This document shows, in pieces, positions 37,916 through 50,619 of a stretch of 64,000 nucleotides of DNA. Source of the DNA: an uncultured Gammaproteobacteria bacterium (GTDB lineage Bacteria > Patescibacteriota > Patescibacteriia > VMEV01 > CAYQCH01). The stretch covers positions 1,144 to 65,143 of the forward strand of contig CAYQCH010000001.1 in the NCBI GenBank assembly GCA_964415935.1, in the 5' to 3' direction. Position 1 is the stretch's first letter. Every line of letters starts with the position of its first letter. The notes beneath the pieces were generated by a model. That model ran no database searches. It saw nothing but the letters and a program-made list of their open reading frames with translations, and was not told where the DNA came from. The position numbers and the translations under genes are program-made.

Positions 37916-37917
37916 CA

Positions 37918-38319
37918 TTACTTCCGCCACTTCGTAAACGCGCTGACGCGCACGCGATGCTTGTCCAGGTTCGTCTTTAATGTCTCGTATTCGCGCAGAT
38001 CAAATTTCTTTTCCGCCATAAGCGCCTGCGCCAGTTCCATGGCTTTTTGGGCGCGCTCCAGGTCGACTTCATGGGCATGCTCAGCCGTGTCTGCCAGAAT
38101 GGTCACCTGGTTGTTGGCGACTTCCAGGAATCCTCCGGACACGACCACCGGTTTTACAGCCGAACCGCTTTTAATGACGATTTCGCCGGGCTTTAAGACG
38201 GAGATCAACGCGATGTGATGAGGCAAAATGGTTACCTGGCCGTCCAGAGTCATGGCGGAAACTGATTCCACTTCCTCCTCAAACATCACGCGCTCCGGCG
38301 TGACAAATTTGAGCTTCAT
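37918..38319 (-). CDS. atpC: ATP synthase F1 epsilon subunit
   Basis: Met8 start (MKLKFVTPERVMFEEEV...) and last position in the atp operon. Confidence 0.85.
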   Translation of the reverse strand: MKLKFVTPERVMFEEEVESVSAMTLDGQVTILPHHIALISVLKPGEIVIKSGSAVKPVVVSGGFLEVANNQVTILADTAEHAHEVDLERAQKAMELAQALMAEKKFDLREYETLKTNLDKHRVRVSAFTKWRK

Positions 38320-38350
38320 GGTGCGCTTTTCGCCAGGCATAGTTCTTGAA

Positions 38351-40658
<2,308 letters not shown>

Positions 40659-40661
40659 AGG

Positions 40662-42192
<1,531 letters not shown>

Positions 42193-42203
<11 letters not shown>

Positions 42204-42582
42204 CGATCGATCGCTTCAGGCGCTCGAGCTGGTTCTTGACTGATAAATCCCATTGGGCGTCTTCCGTGCGCACGACCACGCCGGCAATCAACGAAGGGTC
42301 TGTTTTTTTCGTCACGGCGACGTCGCGGTCGCCAAACAGCTCTTTCAGGATGCTTTTCTCCAAACGGCTGTCCAGCTCCCTGGCGCTGACGATGGTTACG
42401 GGCAGGGCCGGCTGCTCCCCTTGCAACTGCTCCATGGCCTGGCTGATGCCCTGCAAAGCGCGCCCGCCCGCGCGGCCAAAACGGCGGAGCATGCGGTCAC
42501 TGACCGCGTCCCAGTCCTTGGGGTCGGAACGTCGAAGCGCGTCTTGCCATCGCCTGGCATGTTGTTTGGCGGCGCCGTTCAT
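42193..42582 (-). CDS. atpH: ATP synthase delta (OSCP) subunit, short form (129 aa)
   Basis: Operon position between atpF and atpA. C-terminal OSCP-like block ([26 protein letters not shown]). The N-terminal domain appears reduced. Confidence 0.65.
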
Positions 42583-42583
42583 A

Positions 42584-43078
42584 CTATTTCACTTTTGCCA
42601 GCTGCGACTTAAGCCAGGCCTGGTCGACGCGTTCGTCCACCACGCCCTGCAGAATCTTTTCCGTGCTGGCCACGACCATGCCGATGACGTCTTTCTTCAC
42701 CTGCGTCAGCATGTTGGCGCGCTCGGCCGCCAGGGCTTGTTTCCCTTCCGCCACGACGCGCGTTACTTCTTCTTTGGCCTGAGCGACAATAGCTGCGGCC
42801 TGCTCATCCGCGGCTTTGCGCGCCGCGTCGATGATGCGGGCGGCTTCGCGCCGCGCCTCAACAACAACCGCTTCCTGTTCTTCCGTGGCGCGGGACATGA
42901 GGGCCTTGGCCTCTTTAGCGTCTTCTACGCCTTTGGCAATGGCTTCCTGCCGCTGACGCATGAAATTAAGCAGCGGGTTGTACGCAAACTTGTACAAAAT
43001 AGCCAGCAAGATGGCGAAGTTCACGAACTGCGCCACCAATGACTTCCAGTCAACGCCAAAGGCTTCAAAGAATTGCAT
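42584..43078 (-). CDS. atpF: ATP synthase Fo b subunit
   Basis: N-terminal TM, then a long charged helix. Confidence 0.8.
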   Translation of the reverse strand: MQFFEAFGVDWKSLVAQFVNFAILLAILYKFAYNPLLNFMRQRQEAIAKGVEDAKEAKALMSRATEEQEAVVVEARREAARIIDAARKAADEQAAAIVAQAKEEVTRVVAEGKQALAAERANMLTQVKKDVIGMVVASTEKILQGVVDERVDQAWLKSQLAKVK

Positions 43079-43084
43079 AGATCA

Positions 43085-43336
43085 CTAGATAGCGAAGAGC
43101 AAAATAAGAGTCACAACCAGGGCGTAAATGGCCGTGGATTCACAGATGGCCATGGCAATGACCATGCGGGTAAAAATGGAATCGCTTACTTCGGGATTGC
43201 GTCCCATGGATTCCATGGCTTTCGCGGCCACGAGACCTTCACCGACGGCAACAAGGCCGAATGCAAATGATCCCATGATGCCGATGCCGAGGTATTTGGC
43301 GGCTTCCGCGTAAATTTGAGCTACTTCTGGCGTCAT
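43085..43336 (-). CDS. atpE: ATP synthase Fo c subunit
   Basis: Two-helix hairpin with the conserved carboxylate (AICESTAIYALVV). Confidence 0.88.
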   Translation of the reverse strand: MTPEVAQIYAEAAKYLGIGIMGSFAFGLVAVGEGLVAAKAMESMGRNPEVSDSIFTRMVIAMAICESTAIYALVVTLILLFAI

Positions 43337-43421
43337 ACGGTCAGAAATGTTTAATGATGAACAATATCAAGTGATATTGAAAGCCCGTCCGGCGCATGCG
43401 CCAGGCAGGCTTTCCGCACCA

Positions 43422-44162
43422 CTACCCTTTTGCCTCCGGTTTGGCGGCGATATTGCCGGTGATGTTAAGCGCCGTCAGCAGGCTGAACACCGTGGGCTGG
43501 ACGAACGTGGTCAGCAACCCCAGGATGGCAAACGGCAGCGGTACGACGAATGGCATGAGACTGCCGACCACCGCGGTGAGCACTTCGCCAGCAAACATGT
43601 TGCCGAACAGACGAAAAGACAAGGATACAATCTTTGCCACCTCGCCAATCAAATCCATGACGCCCAGAAACACGTTGATGGGTTTTTGCGACCAGGGACC
43701 GGAAAAATTAATGAATTTTTTGATATAGGTTCCGATACCGCCGGTAGCCAGCAGCGTTCCCTGCGTAATGGCGAAGGAGATCAAGGTCAGAGCCAGCACG
43801 AAACTGTAATCGGAAGTAATGGTACGGTAGATGTTCGTTCCCTGATAGCTGATGGCGCCCAAACCCGGAATATAAGCGAACAAGTTGCCGAACAAGATCA
43901 ACAGGAACAGCGTCATGATTAACGGAAAGAGTTTGCGCGTCACGCGCTCGTCTTTGGTCAACCCTTGCAGGAACCCATAGACGAGGGCAACCATCTGCTC
44001 CGCCCAGAACTGCACGCCGGAAGGGACCATCTGCATGCGGCGCGTGGCCAAACGGGCCATGAACACCAAAAACAACGCCACGATGACGCTCATGAACAGG
44101 CTGTTCGTAACGGGAAACCCGTAAACGGTAAAGAGCACCGATGGTGCAATGCTGATTTCCAT
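43422..44162 (-). CDS. atpB: ATP synthase Fo a subunit
   Basis: Conserved R in helix 4 (LSFRLFGNMFAGE). Confidence 0.88.
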   Translation of the reverse strand: MEISIAPSVLFTVYGFPVTNSLFMSVIVALFLVFMARLATRRMQMVPSGVQFWAEQMVALVYGFLQGLTKDERVTRKLFPLIMTLFLLILFGNLFAYIPGLGAISYQGTNIYRTITSDYSFVLALTLISFAITQGTLLATGGIGTYIKKFINFSGPWSQKPINVFLGVMDLIGEVAKIVSLSFRLFGNMFAGEVLTAVVGSLMPFVVPLPFAILGLLTTFVQPTVFSLLTALNITGNIAAKPEAKG

Positions 44163-44165
44163 ATG

Positions 44166-44438
44166 CTAACGATAGCGGTTGATGATGTCCTGCGCCTTGC
44201 GATACACAAGGTAGTTGGACGCCACAAAGGCCAGCGCGATGCTGACAAAAAACAGGATGCGGCGCGTGTGCAACAGCGTATCGACCCAAAATCCCAGTCC
44301 GCCAATAACAACCAATGGGCCAATGATATATGCCGTGATGTGGGCCACCAGCGCCAACCCAGCCCACGGGCTGAATACTGGCCTCTGTTGCTGTGGCGGC
44401 TGAGACTCGGATGCGCCCTCCTGGCGATGATCGTCCAT
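44166..44438 (-). CDS. Small 2-TM protein upstream of atpB (AtpI/AtpZ-like)
   Basis: 90 aa with two hydrophobic helices, in the position of atpI. Confidence 0.4.
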   Translation of the reverse strand: MDDHRQEGASESQPPQQQRPVFSPWAGLALVAHITAYIIGPLVVIGGLGFWVDTLLHTRRILFFVSIALAFVASNYLVYRKAQDIINRYR

Positions 44439-44545
44439 AAAATAACAGGAAGAAGGGCAAAAACGCCCCTCTCCTTACATACCGAGGCCGTAGTATACGT
44501 TGGTTGTTGCTACCCGTCAACGGTTTTATACACACGGCAATGGCC

Positions 44546-45331
44546 CTACAATCGGGCATCCACGCGGATTCCGACGGGACAATGGTCAGAACCCATGACC
44601 TGCGGCCAAATAAAGGCATCCTTGACATGTTTCATGAATTCCTGGTTTACCCAAAAATAGTCGATTCGCCATCCGACATTGCGGTCGCGCGCCCGGGTTT
44701 TCTGGTCCCAATAACTATACTGATGCGGCTCTTTGCTGAAATGGCGGAACGTGTCGGCGTATCCAAGCTGCTGCAGCGTATCAAGCCGCTTGCGCTCAAC
44801 AGGCATAAATCCGGAATTTTTAACATTCTCCTTGGGGCGTGCCAGGTCGATCTCATGATGCGCGGTGTTGTAATCGCCGCAAACGACAATGTTCTTCCCT
44901 TTCTTACGGAACGTCTCGATGTATGTGTAAAACTTGTCGTAAAAATTCAGCTTGTACTTCAGCCGGACCGGGCCGCTGCCGCCGTTGGGAAAGTAGACGT
45001 TAAACAAAACAAAATCTTCAAATTCAAGCAGGTTCACTCGGCCTTCTTCGTCCAGCCAGTCCTGTTCAAAATTGGTCATGGACATGCGCGGGCAGCTTTT
45101 TGTAAACACGGCCGTGCCGCTGTACCCCGGCCGGTTTGCCGACGACCAGAACGTGTAATACCCTTCCGGCCGCAGCAGTTCGTCCGTTAACTGTTCCACA
45201 TGCGCTTTTGTTTCTTGCACGCAGAGCACATCGGGTTTAGCCTCTTGCAGCCATTGTAAAAATCCTTTTTTGTGCGCGGCGCGGATGCCGTTAACATTCC
45301 AGGAAACCAGCGTGGTAAATTTTTTCGCCAT
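44546..45331 (-). CDS. xthA: Exodeoxyribonuclease III (AP endonuclease, ExoIII family)
   Basis: WNVNG, QETK, GDYN and SDHCP motifs. An extended -10 TGCTATACT sits 7 nt from the ATG (leaderless). Confidence 0.9.
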   Translation of the reverse strand: MAKKFTTLVSWNVNGIRAAHKKGFLQWLQEAKPDVLCVQETKAHVEQLTDELLRPEGYYTFWSSANRPGYSGTAVFTKSCPRMSMTNFEQDWLDEEGRVNLLEFEDFVLFNVYFPNGGSGPVRLKYKLNFYDKFYTYIETFRKKGKNIVVCGDYNTAHHEIDLARPKENVKNSGFMPVERKRLDTLQQLGYADTFRHFSKEPHQYSYWDQKTRARDRNVGWRIDYFWVNQEFMKHVKDAFIWPQVMGSDHCPVGIRVDARL

Positions 45332-45371
45332 AGATACCAGTATAGCAAAAGGAAAGGTCCCGTTTGATTTC

Positions 45372-45623
45372 TCATTCGGGACCTGGCTCTGGCGTAATCA
45401 GGCCGAGACGGCACAGGACCTTGTCCATAAGCCACATGAACACATCGACCGGCGCGGCCAGAACCATCAAAACGCCCCATCCGATGATGCATGCCATGAG
45501 GATGAACACGACATACGTCATGCGAAAGACATTCATGATGCTCATGGGCGCATCTTCAAAAAATGAACAAAACGCCTGAAAGCGGGTCTCGCGAACCGCA
45601 CCTTGTTGCCCGTACATGGGCAC
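45372..45623 (-). CDS. Small hypothetical membrane protein (83 aa, 2 TM)
   Basis: Hydrophobic segments only; weak evidence. Confidence 0.3.
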   Translation of the reverse strand: MPMYGQQGAVRETRFQAFCSFFEDAPMSIMNVFRMTYVVFILMACIIGWGVLMVLAAPVDVFMWLMDKVLCRLGLITPEPGPE

Positions 45624-45663
45624 CTCCTGTCCACACTCTGGAAAACCTGGGGCAAGTTGTCAA

Positions 45664-46437
45664 TTACCTGATATCAAACAAATACAATTCAAGCGAGCCA
45701 AACCTTGTAAACGCTGAAGAAAAAAGGTAAATCCAGTTACCGAGCAGCAGGATGCCAATCACCATCATGAGTATGCCCGAAACGCGCATGAGGATGTTCA
45801 GGCTGCGGCGATGCCGGCGAAGCAACTCAATACCGCGATGCAGGAACAGGCTGATGAGGAGAAACGGCGTGCCCAGCCCGATGCCGTAAAAAAACAGCAG
45901 CAGCGCGCCCTGCCAGAAACTGGCCGCCTGGCTGGACCAGAACAAGATGACGGCAAGCACCGGGCCAATGCACGGTGTCCACGAAAACCCGAACGATACC
46001 CCGATGATAAAGGCGTTGAGGGGGGCGAAACGCGTCAGCTTTGTGGGCAGTTGCAACCGTTTGGTAAAACTTAAGAACCGCAGCTCAAACAAGCCGGCGA
46101 TATACGCGCCGACCACAATGAGCAACAATCCGCCAATCGTATGCATGATGCCGCGATAGGCCTGCAGCTTGGCGCCGATCAAGGTAACCGTCAGCCCGAA
46201 CAGCATGAACACGAACACAAACCCGGCGACGTACGCCAGGCTGGTGGCCAGAAGCAGGCGGCGCAGCGATTTTGCCTGCTTCGGGTCTAGGGTGGCAGAC
46301 TGCGTTTCCTGCAATGAAACGCCGGCAATGTAACTCATGTACGCCGGCACTAAAGGCAAGTGGCAGGGCGCGATAAAGGTAACGAGCCCTGCCACATAGG
46401 CAACAAAGACCGAAATTTCGTTTGCTTGAAGAACCAT
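45664..46437 (-). CDS. ccdA: Cytochrome c-type biogenesis / thiol-disulfide transporter CcdA (DsbD-beta family)
   Basis: Conserved Cys pair in TM1 and TM4 (FIAPCHLPLVP, WTPCIGPVL). ORF extends to 46500; Met22 is the probable start. Confidence 0.8.
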   Translation of the reverse strand: MVLQANEISVFVAYVAGLVTFIAPCHLPLVPAYMSYIAGVSLQETQSATLDPKQAKSLRRLLLATSLAYVAGFVFVFMLFGLTVTLIGAKLQAYRGIMHTIGGLLLIVVGAYIAGLFELRFLSFTKRLQLPTKLTRFAPLNAFIIGVSFGFSWTPCIGPVLAVILFWSSQAASFWQGALLLFFYGIGLGTPFLLISLFLHRGIELLRRHRRSLNILMRVSGILMMVIGILLLGNWIYLFSSAFTRFGSLELYLFDIR

Positions 46438-46517
46438 ACAGTACGCGCAGTTATACACGGCCAGCGGCGGGATATTCCGCAGTATAGCATCCTGAAACAT
46501 GATATACTTTACTCTCT

Positions 46518-46703
46518 ATGCAATCCGCACCTTCATCCGGCGCCAGCGGCCTGATGGCCGTAGCCGCGGCCTATAAAGCGCAGCAACAAAAAATGAAAGC
46601 CTTGGAAACGGAGCAACTGGCGCTGCTCCAGGAAGCCATGCGCCTTTTACAAGAGAGCCGCATGAGCGAGGCCCGAAAAAAACTGGAAGCCATCCTCCAA
46701 TAA
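46518..46703 (+). CDS. Small helical ORF (61 aa) immediately upstream of the giant coiled-coil gene, leaderless-type start
   Basis: An extended -10 TGATATACT lies 9 nt upstream of the ATG. Sequence ...KMKALETEQLALLQEAMRLLQESRMSEARKKLEAILQ. Its stop is 8 nt before the next start. Confidence 0.35.
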   Translation: MQSAPSSGASGLMAVAAAYKAQQQKMKALETEQLALLQEAMRLLQESRMSEARKKLEAILQ

Positions 46704-46711
46704 TTTTGCCT

Positions 46712-49330
46712 ATGCCAACAAGCACGGTTGCCCCATCCGCCGAACAACCCATACGCAAGTCCGAGCCCTTTGACATGCCGGTGCGCAAACGGGAGGCTGC
46801 GGGAAAAACAGAAATTCCCCAGGGTTTTTCCGAATCCGCCGATGATGCCGTACGCGCGGCGGAGCAGATTAAGCAAATCGCCGATCATATTAACCGTTCC
46901 GTCGAGCAGGCGCGCGCCACCCATCAACGCATCATGGGAATCGAAGTTTCCGGAAACCAGCGCCTGGATGAAATCAAAGCAACGTCCGCATCCCTCCTCA
47001 AAGAAATGGAGGACTTGCGCGCCGATGTCATGACGCATGGCATTCAAAACATGGATGCGGAAGTTCTTGCCAGCCGACAAAAAGAAATTACGCAGAACTT
47101 GTCCGCCTTGGCCGAAGATGCAGAAGGCGCTTCCCTCCCGTCGGCACGCGAACCGGAGGTAAAAACGGCATTTCAACAACATTTGGAATCGGTAGAGAAA
47201 CTCGAACTTGATGAGCCACTGGAATTGGTTCCCGAGGAAGAACCGTCCGCTCCGGACATCGCCGAACAGCAAGCCGCTGAGGCCGCGGCAGCACCTGAAG
47301 AAATACAGCCTGAGCCTGCGGCGCCCCAACCCGCAGAAACTGAGCCTGCATCGGCCGCAGAAGCGCCTGCTGCGCGCCAAACGGAGTCATACGACCGTTC
47401 TGCCGCCTGGCAAGAGATGCGCGTCAAATTGAAAAGCATCGACCGCGTGCGGGAAGACGTGTTCAAAACGAAGGACCAGTTAAACGAAGTCGCGCGGGAA
47501 ATAAAACGGCTTACGGCCAGCATGGAATCCGCGGACGCCCAATTCGGATCAATTGATGGTCTGGTGGACGCCATTGCCGACGCCCAGGCCATGATCGGCG
47601 GACGGGAATCCGCCGCGGCCGCGCGCGAAAAGCTGCAAGCGCTGATAACCGCCTATCAAGAGGGCAACGAAGACCTGCCGACCAACCTGATCCGCGAACT
47701 CAAATCCATTTCGGGAACAGAAGGGCTGTCCAGGCAAATTCAAGAAGCGCGGCAACGCGCTGCCAAGGCCGGGATTCTCCAAAAAGCTAGCCAGTTGTTG
47801 CAATCCGTTTTGGGGTACACCGAAGTTTCCGGATTGGAATTTGTGCAGGCCCATGCAAAAAAGCAGCTTACGGACGCGGTAGACACCCTCATGCAGCGCC
47901 TGCGCAATGAACATCAGCTCGCCTATTTGAAAGATAGGAAAAAAGAGCTGGAACTGGAAAAAGAGTCGCAACTGCAGCAGATTGCCTTTGACGTGAGGCT
48001 GGAAGCGCTCATGGCCGATGCTATCGCCGCTGAACAAGGCGCGGCCATGGTCAAAAAGCGCATGGATGCATTCCTCAAAAACCTTCCCGGCGAGGCTGCC
48101 GCCGCGCTGCAAGACTATCCGCATGCTGCCCCAACGGAAGTTCATTACCTCATGAGTGCACAAGACCGCCAGACGTATGAACGACTGGCTGCGCAATACC
48201 ATGCGCACATGGAAAAATTTAACGCCGCTTTGGACGAAATGGCCGGCATGAGCAAAGACGGCGTGGCCGCATTCCACGCGCGCCAGTCGCCTCAGGAAAC
48301 AGCCGCCCCCCAGCCCCAGGACGCTGAAACGCCTCGCCAAGCGGAGGAAGAATCTTTGAATACGGCGCTGGAAAACAAGAAGGATCAAATCGACCAGGCC
48401 TGGGATGCCGATACGCGCCAGCGCCTGACAGAGATTCTAAAACGCCACTACCCCAAATACATCAGCGACGAAGACGCGGAAAATGATGTCGCGGAATTCA
48501 TTGCAATCCATCTGCCCGACAAAGCACAGCGCAAACTGTATGAGATGGGCCGTTTGCAACGGGACCTGCGGGACGCGGAATCAGGGGAAGAAATCGACCA
48601 GATCCTCGTGGATAAAGCCGGGCTATTGCGCGATATTGAGGAAGCACTGCGCAATCCGGACCTGCTGCGCAACCCGGACATCCAGGGCGTGAAGAATTTT
48701 TTCAACAAACGCCCTGGTGAGACCACTAAAGCTGATACAGGTGAAAAAACCCTCTCCATGGAAGAGCTGGAAGATATGTCTGGCGATGAGACCGTAGCGC
48801 CGTCATACGCAGAACCCATTGAAGGCTATCTGCCGCCGTCAGAGAAAGAAATCCAAGACAAGCGCGAAGACGCCAGCAAGGACCTCAAAGAGTTATCAGC
48901 CATTTTCCACCAGCGCCTGGGCGACATGTCCCACAGCAAATTGCTGCCGCAAGCCGGCACATGGAACAAGTTGCGCGATTTGGACGCAACCGCCGCCGAC
49001 CTTAAGCGCATTGACATGCTGTCAGCTGATTCCAAAAAGGAGCTGCTTAAGACGCTAATCGAGCTGCATAACAGCTTGAATGACAGGCCTTTTGACCCAT
49101 ACGGATCATCTGCGGCGGAATACTTAGAGATAAAAAGCGGCGGCGCGGAAATCAAAGCCATTGCCGACACGCTGGGCGTAAACCTCAAACAGCTGGTCCG
49201 GGAAATGTCTAAACCCGCAGAAGCAAAAGCCGAACCCGCCAAGGCCGCGCCACGACGAAAGCCGCGGCAAGCGCCCCCGCCCAAACCGATACGCCGCCGC
49301 CCCGCCACCGCGCGCCCGCGTGCCGCCTAA
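46712..49330 (+). CDS. Large (about 870 aa) charged coiled-coil/low-complexity cytoplasmic protein with a basic Pro/Arg-rich C-terminal tail, function unknown
   Basis: Single uninterrupted ORF with no TM and no NTPase motifs. Composition is E/A/Q/K/R/L-rich. Acidic Pro/Glu/Ala segment (EEEPSAPDIAEQQAAEAAAAPEEIQPEPAAPQPAETEPA). Tail AKAEPAKAAPRRKPRQAPPPKPIRRRPATARPRAA. Confidence 0.6.
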   Translation: MPTSTVAPSAEQPIRKSEPFDMPVRKREAAGKTEIPQGFSESADDAVRAAEQIKQIADHINRSVEQARATHQRIMGIEVSGNQRLDEIKATSASLLKEMEDLRADVMTHGIQNMDAEVLASRQKEITQNLSALAEDAEGASLPSAREPEVKTAFQQHLESVEKLELDEPLELVPEEEPSAPDIAEQQAAEAAAAPEEIQPEPAAPQPAETEPASAAEAPAARQTESYDRSAAWQEMRVKLKSIDRVREDVFKTKDQLNEVAREIKRLTASMESADAQFGSIDGLVDAIADAQAMIGGRESAAAAREKLQALITAYQEGNEDLPTNLIRELKSISGTEGLSRQIQEARQRAAKAGILQKASQLLQSVLGYTEVSGLEFVQAHAKKQLTDAVDTLMQRLRNEHQLAYLKDRKKELELEKESQLQQIAFDVRLEALMADAIAAEQGAAMVKKRMDAFLKNLPGEAAAALQDYPHAAPTEVHYLMSAQDRQTYERLAAQYHAHMEKFNAALDEMAGMSKDGVAAFHARQSPQETAAPQPQDAETPRQAEEESLNTALENKKDQIDQAWDADTRQRLTEILKRHYPKYISDEDAENDVAEFIAIHLPDKAQRKLYEMGRLQRDLRDAESGEEIDQILVDKAGLLRDIEEALRNPDLLRNPDIQGVKNFFNKRPGETTKADTGEKTLSMEELEDMSGDETVAPSYAEPIEGYLPPSEKEIQDKREDASKDLKELSAIFHQRLGDMSHSKLLPQAGTWNKLRDLDATAADLKRIDMLSADSKKELLKTLIELHNSLNDRPFDPYGSSAAEYLEIKSGGAEIKAIADTLGVNLKQLVREMSKPAEAKAEPAKAAPRRKPRQAPPPKPIRRRPATARPRAA

Positions 49331-49333
49331 ACC

Positions 49334-49370
49334 AAAACCCGCTCCGAGACATTCGGAGCGGGTTTTGCGT
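49334..49370. terminator. Bidirectional terminator between the convergent coiled-coil gene and rpoD
   Basis: Sequence aaaacccgctccgagacattcggagcgggttttgcgtttt. Confidence 0.75.
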
Positions 49371-49371
49371 T

Positions 49372-50586
49372 TTAGCGGAGATAATCTTTTAGCCGGCTGA
49401 TCTGCGGCATGTTCAAGGCGTTCTGCAATGCCTTGGCTTCAATCTGGCGGATGCGTTCGCGCGTTACGCCGAATTCCTGACCCACCTCTTCCAGCGTGTG
49501 GGTTACGCCGTCGGTAAGGCCAAAACGCATTTCCAGAATCTTCTGCTCGCGCGGGCTGAGATTTTTAATGATCTCGCGCACATGGTCCTTGAGAAGCTGC
49601 AGGCCGGCTGAGCGATCCGGCATCATGTTCTTTTCGTCTTCAATGAACTCTTCCAGCGTGGAATCCTCATCATCATCGCCGACCGGCGTCTCCAGGGAAA
49701 CCGTGTCTTGGGAAATCTTCATGATATGGCGCACCTTTTCCACGTCTTCGCCCATTTCCGCGGCGATTTCTTCCGGCAGCGGCTCGCGGCCAAGGTCCTG
49801 GATGAGGCGACGCTCCACCTGCTGGAACTTATTGATGGTTTCCACCATGTGCACCGGAATACGGATGGTACGGCTCTGGTCGGCCAAGGCACGCGTGATG
49901 GCCTGACGGATCCACCATGTGGCATACGTGGAGAACTTGTACCCCTTGCGGTATTCAAATTTTTCCACGGCGCGGAACAAGCCGATGTTGCCCTCTTGAA
50001 TCAGGTCCAACAGGGACAAGGACTTGCCCGTAAACTTTTTGGCAATGGACACCACCAGACGCAGGTTGGCTTCAATCAACCGCTGCTTGGCTTCCGGATC
50101 GTTGCGTTCTTTGCGCTTGGCCAGGGCCACTTCTTCTTCCGCAGTCAGCAGCGGCACCTTGCCGATCTCGCGCAGGTACATCTGGATGGAGTCGCTGGAA
50201 ATGTCGCTTAAATCGATGCCCAACACCTTGGACTTCTCTTCCTTCTTGTCCGTTTTTTCGGCCTTCTTCTGTTCGCTTGGCAGCTGAAGCAGTCCGCCTT
50301 TCTGCTCCACGACGCTCACGCCGTAGTCCCAGAGCAGCTCCAAAAAATCTTCAAACACGTCGATATAGTCCTCGATTTCAGGAAATGCGTACAGCACTTC
50401 CTGCTCGGTGAGGAATCCACGCGACTTGGCTGTTTTAAACAAACGATCTAGTGTTTCCTTGTTCGGCGGCACGGCCGGTTCTAGCGGCGCGCGCGGCTTG
50501 CGGCTGGCACTCTTTTTGGCCGCTTTCTTTGCGCTGGATTTGGACTTCTTTGCACGTTGCTTCTTTGCTGGCATACACATGCTCAC
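49372..50586 (-). CDS. rpoD: RNA polymerase primary sigma factor (sigma-70)
   Basis: Regions 2-4 are present ([40 protein letters not shown] and the region 4 HTH). Lys-rich N-terminus. Confidence 0.92.
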   Translation of the reverse strand: MSMCMPAKKQRAKKSKSSAKKAAKKSASRKPRAPLEPAVPPNKETLDRLFKTAKSRGFLTEQEVLYAFPEIEDYIDVFEDFLELLWDYGVSVVEQKGGLLQLPSEQKKAEKTDKKEEKSKVLGIDLSDISSDSIQMYLREIGKVPLLTAEEEVALAKRKERNDPEAKQRLIEANLRLVVSIAKKFTGKSLSLLDLIQEGNIGLFRAVEKFEYRKGYKFSTYATWWIRQAITRALADQSRTIRIPVHMVETINKFQQVERRLIQDLGREPLPEEIAAEMGEDVEKVRHIMKISQDTVSLETPVGDDDEDSTLEEFIEDEKNMMPDRSAGLQLLKDHVREIIKNLSPREQKILEMRFGLTDGVTHTLEEVGQEFGVTRERIRQIEAKALQNALNMPQISRLKDYLR

Positions 50587-50619
50587 CAGCCAAAACGCGA
50601 CACCGATTGGCTTGTGGGA

